Assembly (NCBI GenBank): GCA_016932035.1
Contig: JAFGDR010000031.1
Span: 71,399 to 135,398, forward strand
Length of the DNA: 64,000 nt
Origin: Candidatus Cloacimonadota bacterium
Lineage (GTDB): Bacteria > Cloacimonadota > Cloacimonadia > JGIOTU-2
Direction: 5' to 3'
Shown here: positions 50,554 through 60,172 of the stretch, piece by piece
Layout: every line of letters starts with the position of its first letter
How positions within the stretch are numbered: position 1 is the stretch's first letter
Translations under genes and position numbers: made by a program
The notes under the pieces: model-generated
What the model was told of the DNA's origin: nothing
The model's input: only the letters and a program-made list of their open reading frames with translations
Databases searched by the model: none

Positions 50554-51327
50554 TTAAAAGGTATTATCTTCTTTTAATAAGATTTCGTTTATAACTTCTC
50601 CTATTTTATTAAGGTTATAAACTTTTGAAGAATTTAAATATTCAGATATGGATTTAGATAAGCTCGGTAATAATTTATCTTTATTTAACTTTTTTAAAAG
50701 GGGTAATATTCGATAACTTACACCATCTACTGAGATATTATCGTTAATTCGGTCAACAAATATTTTGTAATTATAATCTGTTATTGGATTTCCTTTCGGA
50801 GTTTTTCCATATACCTTTTCAATATTATCATCTTGGTGAAATTTATATTTCCGCTTGTTTGAAGCCAATTGGTCTGCAAACTCAACACTTCCTCGTATAT
50901 TACATCTATCACGTTCGACTTCTTTGCATATACTCCAAATAGAGAATAGTATAGCTTGAGTATATTTCTTTTCTTTTTGAAGAAAAATTCTCATTTGGTT
51001 AGCAATTTCTGCTTGTGAAAAGACATCTACAAATTTAACATTGAGTTCATTTAGAATTCTCCACCCCTCATCGTTTTTATTAGCTAGTTGTAAGTACATA
51101 GGAAGCCTCAGGCGTTCTTTAATCATAAGATCATTAGATCCCTTTAAAGAGAATGCCTCTTTCAGTATTTTACAAGCTTCATCATACTTTTTTTCATTTT
51201 TTAGGATTGTAGCTTTCTTTAACTTCTCTCTAGCAGGATTTATCTCATTATTAACAACAAGTTTTACGCCAAATTCAATTTTTGATTGTTTTTTATTACT
51301 AGAGAATATATTTTTAAAAAAATCCAA
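50554..51327 (-). CDS. Hypothetical protein (helical/TPR-like), AT-rich
   Basis: 257-aa open frame with a TTG start in a visibly AT-richer segment; RLPMYLQ motif; no family assigned. Confidence 0.6.
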   Translation of the reverse strand: MDFFKNIFSSNKKQSKIEFGVKLVVNNEINPAREKLKKATILKNEKKYDEACKILKEAFSLKGSNDLMIKERLRLPMYLQLANKNDEGWRILNELNVKFVDVFSQAEIANQMRIFLQKEKKYTQAILFSIWSICKEVERDRCNIRGSVEFADQLASNKRKYKFHQDDNIEKVYGKTPKGNPITDYNYKIFVDRINDNISVDGVSYRILPLLKKLNKDKLLPSLSKSISEYLNSSKVYNLNKIGEVINEILLKEDNTF

Positions 51328-51712
51328 ACATAGTAATTTCCTATTCTTTTTCTGTAGTATATCATCTTATTAATAGTACAAAAAGTACAATAATCTTAAA
51401 ATATTCACAATTCATAACACACTTATATTATTCAATAATAATTACAACAAATTAAAGAAATATTTCATAATTTCCCTGTCAATATTTTATATTACACAAA
51501 AAATTTTGTATACTATACATAGCGAGTATTAATGCAATACTTGATAGACTATCAAAAGTACTTTTATGGGAGTGCATGTCTTAAGTGGATTGAGAAAATT
51601 CTAGAATGAAACGTAAAAAGTTTTAAGGAATAGACTTTCGATTATGCTACGAATTACTCCATCCGGGAGTATGACAAAGGTTTTTATATAATCTCAAGCT
51701 AAGGGCGTCTAA

Positions 51713-52207
51713 TTATTGATTTTTGATTGGATGTTCATGAGTCATAATGGTTTGATTTTGTATTTTTCCTGAAGATGTATCTAAAGTGTCAATAGCTGAA
51801 GGTAATGCTACTACTAATGTTATTAAGGCTATTACTAATAATGTTATTGTAAGAGTTTTTAATGACTTATTCAGTCTCCAGTCTTTAAATTTATCATGCA
51901 GTTTCCAACAATTGCTTGTATCAATTTTATAACGGTCCTTACAGTCTATACGATCAACAAAAGAACAATATTCATCTCCTAGACTTTTTTGTATTTTATT
52001 AAATTTACTTTCATCAAAATTAAGTATTTTTAGCATTTCCTCTTTGTAAAAATGTGGATTGAATTCCTCCTTTTTAGAAGCGTATTCCAGAAGCACAAAT
52101 AAAAATTCTTCTCGTTCTTTTTGAGCCTTATTTATTACTTTCATATCAATTTCCTTATAGCTAATTTTTGCTTTGTTCAAAATATGAAATGCCCTATCAT
52201 TTACCAA
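51713..52207 (-). CDS. Hypothetical protein with one C-terminal TM helix
   Basis: 164-aa ORF, AT-rich, hydrophobic LTITLLVIALITLVVAL. Confidence 0.55.
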   Translation of the reverse strand: MVNDRAFHILNKAKISYKEIDMKVINKAQKEREEFLFVLLEYASKKEEFNPHFYKEEMLKILNFDESKFNKIQKSLGDEYCSFVDRIDCKDRYKIDTSNCWKLHDKFKDWRLNKSLKTLTITLLVIALITLVVALPSAIDTLDTSSGKIQNQTIMTHEHPIKNQ

Positions 52208-52216
52208 TCATTTAAA

Positions 52217-52702
52217 TTATACAAGGTCGCGGATTACATTCTTGAAAATATCGTGGATAGCAGCAAGTAGTATTGAGAATATGACAACAGCAAAAGCTAT
52301 CTCCCATGAAAATCCTATCAAAGCTATACCAAGTGCAGTTCCGCATGCAGGAGGATGCTCGCAGTCTATCATGACCATTATGAACATCGAAATTCCAACC
52401 GATGCAGCAAGTATGAGTATCTCAATATAGAAAGACGAGAAAGGTATAAGGGATATCAAAGAACCAACGAGCAAACCCGTAAGATGTCCACCAATTATGC
52501 TTCTGGGACGTGCGGAAACGCTGTTCGGCATAGCGAATACAATAAAGACCGTTGCACCGATAGAAGCGATCACGATCGCATTGCTGAATTTGAGGATGAT
52601 GAGAATGAGAAATACTGAAACAGTTGCGAAAAGGCTTTGAAAGAGATAGTTTTTCCAGTGCTGGGCTAGCTCAGTTTTATTTTTTCTAAATGTTTTTCTC
52701 AT
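52217..52702 (-). CDS. HPP family membrane protein
   Basis: ASIGAT..VF..P, RSIIGGH, CEHPPACGTAL. Confidence 0.9.
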   Translation of the reverse strand: MRKTFRKNKTELAQHWKNYLFQSLFATVSVFLILIILKFSNAIVIASIGATVFIVFAMPNSVSARPRSIIGGHLTGLLVGSLISLIPFSSFYIEILILAASVGISMFIMVMIDCEHPPACGTALGIALIGFSWEIAFAVVIFSILLAAIHDIFKNVIRDLV

Positions 52703-52705
52703 AGT

Positions 52706-53020
52706 CTAAATTATTTTTTCTATTGGAAGTAATACGATATTTCCAATTCCATCGTCAACAAAATTCACATCCGACCGTTTAAGTTCTTCCAACATAAAAT
52801 CAATTTGAGTATTATCGACTACGGCCATGATGAGGTTTGTGAATTGCTTTTCGTCGCCGAATGTACTTCTAAAACCAGCGAATAGCGGCATGCTGAAAGT
52901 CAATTTATGACTCAAGGATTCTCCGCTGAGAACAATAGTGTCTTCGACCCCGGCTTCTGTCAGAGCCATCATTATATCATCTAAGTATTTTACTTTGTAA
53001 AGCTGCAATATCATATACAT
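52706..53020 (-). CDS. PII-like small protein
   Basis: 104 aa, LDDIMMALTEAGV, and C-terminal GIGNIVLLPIEKI resembling the PII GDGKIFV.PVE; co-oriented with the antiporter. Confidence 0.6.
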   Translation of the reverse strand: MYMILQLYKVKYLDDIMMALTEAGVEDTIVLSGESLSHKLTFSMPLFAGFRSTFGDEKQFTNLIMAVVDNTQIDFMLEELKRSDVNFVDDGIGNIVLLPIEKII

Positions 53021-53038
53021 AGTGTCACCTAATAAAAA

Positions 53039-54259
53039 TTAATCTCCTCTGTCTGCAAGGGCTTCTCCCGATTTGAATAGAGCCCATTTAAGAAATATCG
53101 GTCCAACAAGCATGACGAGAAACGTCGTTGCAGTAACGGTGCTGATGATCTGGTTCGCATACAGTGACATGCCAAGATTTTCAAGGGTCTTGGATGCTGC
53201 TAGAGCTAATCCGATCGCAACACCTGCCTGGTCAAGAAGACAGAATCCCAGATATTTCCGAACAGGTTCTGTTGCGTGGGAGAGCGAACCGCCAACGTAA
53301 GCACCTACCCATTTGCCTGAAGAACGTGCGAGAATATAGACAATTGCAAGAAGTCCGAATTTTATCAATAATGAAAGGTCAAGACGGGCACCGACAAGTA
53401 CGAAGAACCAAACATAGATCGGTGGCGACCAATCACCGAGGGCAGTGAATATTTTCCGGGCATTGATCGGTTTTGAGTTGATGACCACGATTCCCATAGC
53501 CATGTTTAGAAGGATGGGAGAAAGTTTCAAAATCTCAGCAATGCCGCAATTTAGAAGAATGATGCCAAGCGAAAAGATGAGGAGTTTGACCCGGTCATGT
53601 ATGCGTTGACTCACCAGCATCATAAGAAATCCAATTGCAACTCCGATAATAACGGAGAGGAACATTTCAAGACCAGCTGTACCCAGTGCAGAAAGAATGG
53701 ATGATGCTGTGCTCGTGTGCACATCTCCAAGAAAGATTAATGCAACCGGCATAATGATGATATAAATAACAAGCGCAAGAATATCATCCAATCCGACAAT
53801 TGCATAGAGTGTTGTTGTTAATGTTCCTTTTGCTTTATACTCACGAACAACTTCCACTGTAGCTGCTGGAGCTGTGGCAACGGCAAGTGCGCCGAAAATA
53901 AGTCCAAGTGGGATGCTTTTAAGAAGGAGACTCAACGCAATACTAACAAAAAAGAACGCACCAAAGGATTCAAAAAACAGCGTATAAATAATAACTTTTC
54001 CCAATTTTTTTATTTCACTCCATCTTAACGCACCACCGATACCAAAACCGATAAGCGATAGTGTAACGACATTAATGATCTCGAGTGACCTAATCTGTTC
54101 ATAGGAAATAAAATTAAAAACACTTGGACCAAGCAATGCTCCAGCAATAATATAACCTACAATAAGTGGTGATTTTAGAAGTTTTGCACCATTCGAGAAG
54201 ATAAGCGCAGCAATGAGTGATATTCCAAGAAAAATAAAAATGAAATGAGTTGTATACAT
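53039..54259 (-). CDS. Cation:proton antiporter (CPA superfamily), no C-terminal regulatory domain
   Basis: VGYIIAGALLGP, ATAPAAT, VGLDD, FFVLVGARLD, QAGVAIGL; about 12 TM helices. Confidence 0.88.
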   Translation of the reverse strand: MYTTHFIFIFLGISLIAALIFSNGAKLLKSPLIVGYIIAGALLGPSVFNFISYEQIRSLEIINVVTLSLIGFGIGGALRWSEIKKLGKVIIYTLFFESFGAFFFVSIALSLLLKSIPLGLIFGALAVATAPAATVEVVREYKAKGTLTTTLYAIVGLDDILALVIYIIIMPVALIFLGDVHTSTASSILSALGTAGLEMFLSVIIGVAIGFLMMLVSQRIHDRVKLLIFSLGIILLNCGIAEILKLSPILLNMAMGIVVINSKPINARKIFTALGDWSPPIYVWFFVLVGARLDLSLLIKFGLLAIVYILARSSGKWVGAYVGGSLSHATEPVRKYLGFCLLDQAGVAIGLALAASKTLENLGMSLYANQIISTVTATTFLVMLVGPIFLKWALFKSGEALADRGD

Positions 54260-54721
54260 CTAATCCTGCGTTTTGATAAGAGAATACATGTCTTGCGGAG
54301 ATTGAGCAGAGAGGAGTTTTTGTACAAATGATCTGTTTTTCAGACGAAGAACAAGACGGGACAGAAGGCGAATATAATCCTTGTCCTGCGTATCCGAAGC
54401 ACCGATCATGAATATGAGAGAAACCGGTTTGTTGTCTATGGATTCATACTCAAGCCCTTCTACTTTTCTGCCGAGTGCGATAACAAAATCCTGTATGGAT
54501 TTGTCACGTATGTGGGGAACAGCAATGCCATATCCAATGCCGGTACTCATTAGTTTTTCCCGGTCATAAATTTTCTTAAGAAATAGTTTTGGGTCAGTAA
54601 TAAGTTCGCTGTTACATATTATTCCTGAAAGTTCTTTCAGCGCTTCGTCTTTGTTATCGGAAATTATATCGATAATACGATCCGGTTCGAGGTATTTATG
54701 AATTTGAATCAGGTTCTTCAT
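54260..54721 (-). CDS. PTS EIIA-domain protein (PtsN / fructose-type)
   Basis: REKLMSTGIGYGIAVPH (phospho-His motif), IDNKPVSLIFMI. Start set at ATG 54721. Confidence 0.9.
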   Translation of the reverse strand: MKNLIQIHKYLEPDRIIDIISDNKDEALKELSGIICNSELITDPKLFLKKIYDREKLMSTGIGYGIAVPHIRDKSIQDFVIALGRKVEGLEYESIDNKPVSLIFMIGASDTQDKDYIRLLSRLVLRLKNRSFVQKLLSAQSPQDMYSLIKTQD

Positions 54722-54869
54722 AGAATAGCCGTCCCTGCATGATATTTCTGCTTGTTTTTTATGAAGACAAATAATTGTCAAAGAATTAAATGAGAGAGAA
54801 TTATTAATCATTAATTTCTTGACCAAATATATGAGTAAAATGTGCTCAAAGAAAAATCAGGAGCAGGCA

Positions 54870-55592
54870 ATGAAAAAGTATAGTAGATTATTACTTGGAA
54901 TATTTTTTATAATATCTTCAATATTATTAACGCAATGTGATTCACCCCTTTCGGATGAACCCCTTAACGATCCTTCAAAAATTTCTCCAACCCTATCAGT
55001 TGAAAGGACGTTGGATAATACTAAAACAACCACGGGAGAGGCAATAGCATTCCTTTTCGATAAAAATTTGAACCTTGTTAAGATCATGGACGGCGGTGTG
55101 TCTGTAAACGGCACAAATCTTACACTTGAATACTTAATTACGGGTGGTCCCTATTATGAAACAAGTGGAAACTATCCAATCTTTTTAAATACAAATTATA
55201 CGATCACCGTAACAATGAGTAACGGCGATACCTATGACTCAACAATCAGAACCCAGTTCCAGGAACTTCATACCTTCAATATTCCTGCTACTTTTAATCA
55301 TACAGATAGCGTGCAGGTAACATGGGAAGAGGTTATTCAGGATTATCCTATGAGTATAGAATTTTCGTACGATGACGGAGATGATGTCGGAGTTGTATAT
55401 GTAGATATCCCGGAAGACAGTGTTGATACAGGAAGTTATACAATACCGCCCGATAATTTTACTGAACTTGCAGGGAAAACATGCAAGGCAAAGCTTATCT
55501 CGGAGAAACAAGGCGCAGCAAATGAGCATTTTAAAGAAACTGCATCCATATCATCGAAAATTGCTATAATCGAAGAGTGTCACATTAACTAA
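54870..55592 (+). CDS. Hypothetical lipoprotein
   Basis: MKKYSRLL...LLTQC lipoprotein-type leader after a CAGGAG SD; beta-rich body. Confidence 0.65.
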   Translation: MKKYSRLLLGIFFIISSILLTQCDSPLSDEPLNDPSKISPTLSVERTLDNTKTTTGEAIAFLFDKNLNLVKIMDGGVSVNGTNLTLEYLITGGPYYETSGNYPIFLNTNYTITVTMSNGDTYDSTIRTQFQELHTFNIPATFNHTDSVQVTWEEVIQDYPMSIEFSYDDGDDVGVVYVDIPEDSVDTGSYTIPPDNFTELAGKTCKAKLISEKQGAANEHFKETASISSKIAIIEECHIN

Positions 55593-55603
55593 CCTTCTTT
55601 TTA

Positions 55604-56209
55604 ATGTTCCATTTCCTTTTGCAGGCAGATCGATCGGTCTTTCTGTTCTTTAATAAAACACTATCCAACGGTTTTTTTGATAAGATATTTCCTGTCATTA
55701 CAGAGCCGAGAAACTGGCTGATCGTTATCCTCATCGCACTTATTTTCTTTGTCATTAAGGAAAAGAAAAGAGCGATTGGAGTACTTGTGGTTGTTGTCAT
55801 AGCAGTTGCCCTTTCTGATCTTATTGCTTATAGGATAATAAAAGCCCTTGTGGGTAGATACCGTCCGTGCCATCCTGAATTTTTTGTAGATGGGGGTAAT
55901 TTTCTCATTGGTATGAAAACGTCATTCTCATTTCCCTCCAACCATGCCATGAATATGTTCACGGCAGCAACGGTTTTTTCGTGTTTTTACAATAAATACG
56001 CCGGATACTTCTTTGGATTTGCTGTTTTAATCGGATTTTCACGCATTTATGTGGGTGTTCATTTTCCGCTTGATATCATTGGAGGTGCGGTATTTGGCAT
56101 GATCCTGGGTATCGTAGTGTATTTGGCTTATTGCAGGTTAGAAGTTCTTGTCAAACATCATATGAAAAAGAAAACAATAAATGAAGATAACTCCAAGCCA
56201 GAAAGCTGA
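55604..56209 (+). CDS. PAP2 family phosphatase (undecaprenyl-diphosphatase-like)
   Basis: K..VGRYRP, SFPSNHA, SRIYVGVHFPLD. Confidence 0.92.
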   Translation: MFHFLLQADRSVFLFFNKTLSNGFFDKIFPVITEPRNWLIVILIALIFFVIKEKKRAIGVLVVVVIAVALSDLIAYRIIKALVGRYRPCHPEFFVDGGNFLIGMKTSFSFPSNHAMNMFTAATVFSCFYNKYAGYFFGFAVLIGFSRIYVGVHFPLDIIGGAVFGMILGIVVYLAYCRLEVLVKHHMKKKTINEDNSKPES

Positions 56210-56999
56210 GTTTCAAAAAGAAGTATACTCATTTTATACAGCGCATAAAAGGGATTTTCCATGGCGAAATACTGATGATCCATATTGTATTTTTGTTTCG
56301 GAAATAATGCTCCAGCAAACACAAACGGATAGAGTAATAGAAAAATATAATGAATTTATAAAAAATTTCCCAAATTTTGAAACACTCGCAAAAAGCGCTT
56401 TCCCCGATGTCCTGAGCGTATGGAAAGGACTTGGTTATAATCGTCGTGCAAAATGGATACATGAGTGTGCGAAAACAATCGAAAAGATACATGACGGGAT
56501 TTTACCAGGTGAAGCAGAAGAGCTCGAATCGTTACCCGGAATTGGAAAAGCAACAGCACGTTCTTTGCTTGCATTCGCATATAATAAAGATGTCCTGTTT
56601 ATAGAAACTAATATCAGGACGGTGTATATACATTACTTCTTTGAAGAGAAGGACGACATTCATGATAATGAAATTCTCGAATTGCTCAATCAAACATATG
56701 ATAAGGGGCATGCACGGGAATGGTATTCTGCACTCATGGATTACGGCGCTTTTCTTAAAAAGGAAATTGGAAATCTCAATAACCGCAGCAGGCACTATAA
56801 TAAACAGTCAAAATTTGAGGGTTCGGACAGGCAGATACGCGGAAGATTGCTTGATATTTTGCTTAAAGAGCAGAAAATAACGATTGAAGATGTTGCGGGA
56901 ATACTTAATGAAGATACAGAAAGAGTTCAAAGAATCGTTAGGGATATGGTCAATGAGAAATTGATCAAGACAAACAAAAACGGGGTATTAGGTCTTTAG
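56181..56999 (+). CDS. mutY: A/G-specific adenine glycosylase, MutY-like, without the Fe-S motif
   Basis: PWR, VSEIMLQQTQ, WKGLGYNRRA, HhH LPGIG, ETNIRTV, ALMDYG; no C-x6-C-x2-C-x5-C. Confidence 0.8.
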   Translation: MKITPSQKAEFQKEVYSFYTAHKRDFPWRNTDDPYCIFVSEIMLQQTQTDRVIEKYNEFIKNFPNFETLAKSAFPDVLSVWKGLGYNRRAKWIHECAKTIEKIHDGILPGEAEELESLPGIGKATARSLLAFAYNKDVLFIETNIRTVYIHYFFEEKDDIHDNEILELLNQTYDKGHAREWYSALMDYGAFLKKEIGNLNNRSRHYNKQSKFEGSDRQIRGRLLDILLKEQKITIEDVAGILNEDTERVQRIVRDMVNEKLIKTNKNGVLGL

Positions 57000-58268
57000 T
57001 TTTTTCTTCTTAGCTGCTGGGAAAAGGATATTATTGAGGATGAGTCTGTAGCCGGGAGAGTTTTTATGCAACTCTAATAGTGTTGGGGGATCGCCGATCC
57101 TATGCTGATAGTCCTCAGGATCATGTCCGCCATAGAATGTATATGTTCCTCTTCCAAAATTTCCATGGAGATATTTTACTTCATTAGCACCTTCTACCTC
57201 ACCAAGAATTATGGCACTTTTCTTAACAAATTCCTTGTGATAAGAAGTTGTTTGTCCGAGGAATCCATTCACAACATTAACATGACATTGTGTCAGCATT
57301 GTCGGTACTGGATCATACTTTGCAGAAAATTGAAATAAGGTAAAATAGTCTGCTTCTGCTCCTCTTATCTGTGCATAATTGCTTGCATCGATACTTGAGA
57401 ATTCATATTCGTATGGATTTTTAACTAGGGTAAAGTTTTCAAATGCAAAGGTTCTATCAAAGTCGAGTTTTTTCTCAGCATGAGCATCGATAGGATCACC
57501 GTCAAAGGGTACATCGCAGATATCGATACCAGCTGCAGCTTGTGCAATATCATAGGTGTCGGTCGCAGCACACATCGCAAAAAGAAATCCACCGTTTCGA
57601 ACATATTCCCGGATCATCTCTACAACGGCTTGTTTGAGTTGCCAGACCTTTGCGAATCCAAGTTCGCGAGCAAGCTCTTCATCGATTTCCTTGATCTTCT
57701 TGTACCAGTCTGTGCTGTGGAATCCTGCATAAAATTTACCGAACTGACCGGTAAAATCTTCGTGATGAAGATGAAGCCAATCATATTCTTCCAGTTTTCC
57801 TTGTAACACTTCTATGTCATAAATCGTATCATACGGTATCTGAGCATACGTAAGTGCAAGCGTGACAGCATCATCCCATGGCTCTCCTGCAAATCCCTTT
57901 ACCTGCCCGGCTTTGCTTTCCGGCAATGTATAGACTGCAATCTTTGGTGCTTTTTCAAGATGTACAACATCCATGTTCGATTTCTGGATCGTCTGCTCGA
58001 TCGCAAGATAGTCCATTGGAGAAACCAATTCGTAAGACACACCTCTTAGGCGGCACAGAGATTCGATGTCTTCGGATTCAGGTAATAGAAATGAACCATC
58101 CCTATAATTTAACAGCCACTTGCCGTCATATCCGTTTTCAAGAGCATTATATACAATCCCATATGACTTTAGATGATCGGTTTGGGAGAAGTCCATCGGA
58201 ATGAGAATATCTGACCAGCCCAATACTGGTAATAAAATTATGAATACGAGAAGTGCTGTTTTTTTCAT
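56988..58268 (-). CDS. Conserved exported protein with a class I glutamine amidotransferase-like fold (function unknown)
   Basis: Signal peptide, QTDHLKSYG, WLLNYRDGSF, DWLHLHHEDFTGQ, FLFAMC, GHDPEDYQH. Confidence 0.65.
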   Translation of the reverse strand: MKKTALLVFIILLPVLGWSDILIPMDFSQTDHLKSYGIVYNALENGYDGKWLLNYRDGSFLLPESEDIESLCRLRGVSYELVSPMDYLAIEQTIQKSNMDVVHLEKAPKIAVYTLPESKAGQVKGFAGEPWDDAVTLALTYAQIPYDTIYDIEVLQGKLEEYDWLHLHHEDFTGQFGKFYAGFHSTDWYKKIKEIDEELARELGFAKVWQLKQAVVEMIREYVRNGGFLFAMCAATDTYDIAQAAAGIDICDVPFDGDPIDAHAEKKLDFDRTFAFENFTLVKNPYEYEFSSIDASNYAQIRGAEADYFTLFQFSAKYDPVPTMLTQCHVNVVNGFLGQTTSYHKEFVKKSAIILGEVEGANEVKYLHGNFGRGTYTFYGGHDPEDYQHRIGDPPTLLELHKNSPGYRLILNNILFPAAKKKKLKT

Positions 58269-59390
58269 TTATACGAACTCTCTTAATATTTCATCAGACA
58301 CAAAGAGTGCTTTACGGGTTAATTTCAGGTGATCATCCACAATTGTCAAATATCCAAGTTTTGAATATGTCTCAATCGTGTGTTTATATTCTTTTTCAAG
58401 ATCAAATCCATAACGTGTTTTTATTGAGGACAATGAAATTCCTCTTCTCATTCTCAGACCAAGAAATATTAAATCTGAGATATATTCTCGAGTAGGGATC
58501 TCCTTTTTACTCTTTACGATCGGAAGTTCATTTTGTATCGAATGTATATAGCGATTTACATCAGAAATATTTGCGTATCGGGTCATATTGTAATAAGAAT
58601 GAGCTGAAGCACCAAAACCAACATACTCTTTTCCCATCCAATATGAAGTATTGTGTTGTGATTCATATCCTCGAAGAGCAAAATTAGATATTTCATACTG
58701 TTGGATGTTATGAGATTCCAAAAATGAAATCATAGAATAGTACATATCTCGTTGGGAATCTTCATCAGGGAATGGAAGCTGATCTTTGATGTTATAAAGA
58801 GGAGTGTTTTTCTCAACAGAAAGGCAATATGATGAAATATGCATAGGATGAAGCTCAATCGCGCGCAAGATACTTTTTCTCCATGAATCGCAGGTTTGCC
58901 CCGGAATGCCGTACATCAGATCGAGTGAATAATTTAGCGTGCAATATTCAGCAACACATTCCACTGCTTGTTCAATTTCTTCAGCAGAATGAATGCGGCC
59001 AAGTAATTTCAATTCATTATCATGAAAGGACTGCGCGCCGATACTTATTCGATTGATGCCCAGCGTTTTCCAATCCTGAGCTTTTATCCGGTTTATCGTG
59101 GATGGATTTGCTTCGAGTGTTATTTCTGCATTTTTATCAATATGAAAAGTATGAGCAATCTTAGAAATGATAGGGAATAGTTGAAAAAAAGAAAGCAACG
59201 ATGGAGTTCCACCACCGAAATACACGGATTTTACGATGTAATCGTTTCCTTTGAATTTCCCAATCTCTTTTATCAATCCCCTCATGTATTTCTCAACAAT
59301 TTGTGTATCATATGCGATGGAATAGAAATTACAGTAGCTGCATTTTTGAAGGCAAAATGGTATATGAATATAGATTGAAATTTCTTTCAC
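58269..59390 (-). CDS. hemW: Radical SAM heme chaperone HemW (HemN-like)
   Basis: YIHIPFCLQKCSYC, FGGGTPS, EANP, YEISNF, HNTSYW. Confidence 0.9.
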   Translation of the reverse strand: MKEISIYIHIPFCLQKCSYCNFYSIAYDTQIVEKYMRGLIKEIGKFKGNDYIVKSVYFGGGTPSLLSFFQLFPIISKIAHTFHIDKNAEITLEANPSTINRIKAQDWKTLGINRISIGAQSFHDNELKLLGRIHSAEEIEQAVECVAEYCTLNYSLDLMYGIPGQTCDSWRKSILRAIELHPMHISSYCLSVEKNTPLYNIKDQLPFPDEDSQRDMYYSMISFLESHNIQQYEISNFALRGYESQHNTSYWMGKEYVGFGASAHSYYNMTRYANISDVNRYIHSIQNELPIVKSKKEIPTREYISDLIFLGLRMRRGISLSSIKTRYGFDLEKEYKHTIETYSKLGYLTIVDDHLKLTRKALFVSDEILREFV

Positions 59391-59420
59391 AGCAAAATAT
59401 TTAAATAAAGTAAGCAGGAT

Positions 59421-60149
59421 TTATTTTGGGATCTTGAGTATCCTATTCCACCTTATCTTATGATGATCTCCCATCGACCAGTAAATGATCATAGGTATAC
59501 CCTTAATATATTCTCTTTCGAGAAAACCCCAGTAGCGTGAATCATTGCTGTTATCTCGATTATCTCCCATTACAAAGTAGCAGCTATCAGGCACAACAAC
59601 AGGCCCGAAATTATCCCTGCTTCCCATAAATTCATTGTTGATGTAGAGGCGTCCCTGTTCGCGGGGTATGATACGAAAATCAGTATGCTGAACGTACTTC
59701 TCTTTTACATAATTTCCATTTACATACACATTCTTATCGATGATCTGAATTGTATCTCCGGGTAGACCAATGATTCGTTTAATGAAATCCCGGCGTTTAT
59801 AGAATTTGAAGAAGAAGTTCTTTTTATCCCAATAAATCGGACGGATCAGCTTGGTATAGCGGTCTGTAGGCTCCGGGTCGTATGGATCAAATGGGAATTT
59901 AAAGATGACGGGCTCGAACTGCTTTGGTTCTCGAAACCAATACACGAATTTATTTGCGATAAGCTGATCCCCTTTGAGAAAGGTGCTTTCCATGGATTCT
60001 GACGGTATAAGAAATGTCTCGATTATAAATGTCCGAATAATGATCGCAGCGATACCCGCAAAAACGATTGCTTCAATCCATTCACGGAGTGCAGATCTTT
60101 TCTTCATTTTACCTTTTTTATCAGCTTTTATGTCTTTTGGTTTTGCCAT
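59421..60149 (-). CDS. lepB: Signal peptidase I
   Basis: IPSESM (Ser), DFIKRIIGLPGD (Lys), MGDNRDNSNDSRYWG. Confidence 0.95.
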   Translation of the reverse strand: MAKPKDIKADKKGKMKKRSALREWIEAIVFAGIAAIIIRTFIIETFLIPSESMESTFLKGDQLIANKFVYWFREPKQFEPVIFKFPFDPYDPEPTDRYTKLIRPIYWDKKNFFFKFYKRRDFIKRIIGLPGDTIQIIDKNVYVNGNYVKEKYVQHTDFRIIPREQGRLYINNEFMGSRDNFGPVVVPDSCYFVMGDNRDNSNDSRYWGFLEREYIKGIPMIIYWSMGDHHKIRWNRILKIPK

Positions 60150-60172
60150 TCAGTTCGTCCTAATCTTTTCTG

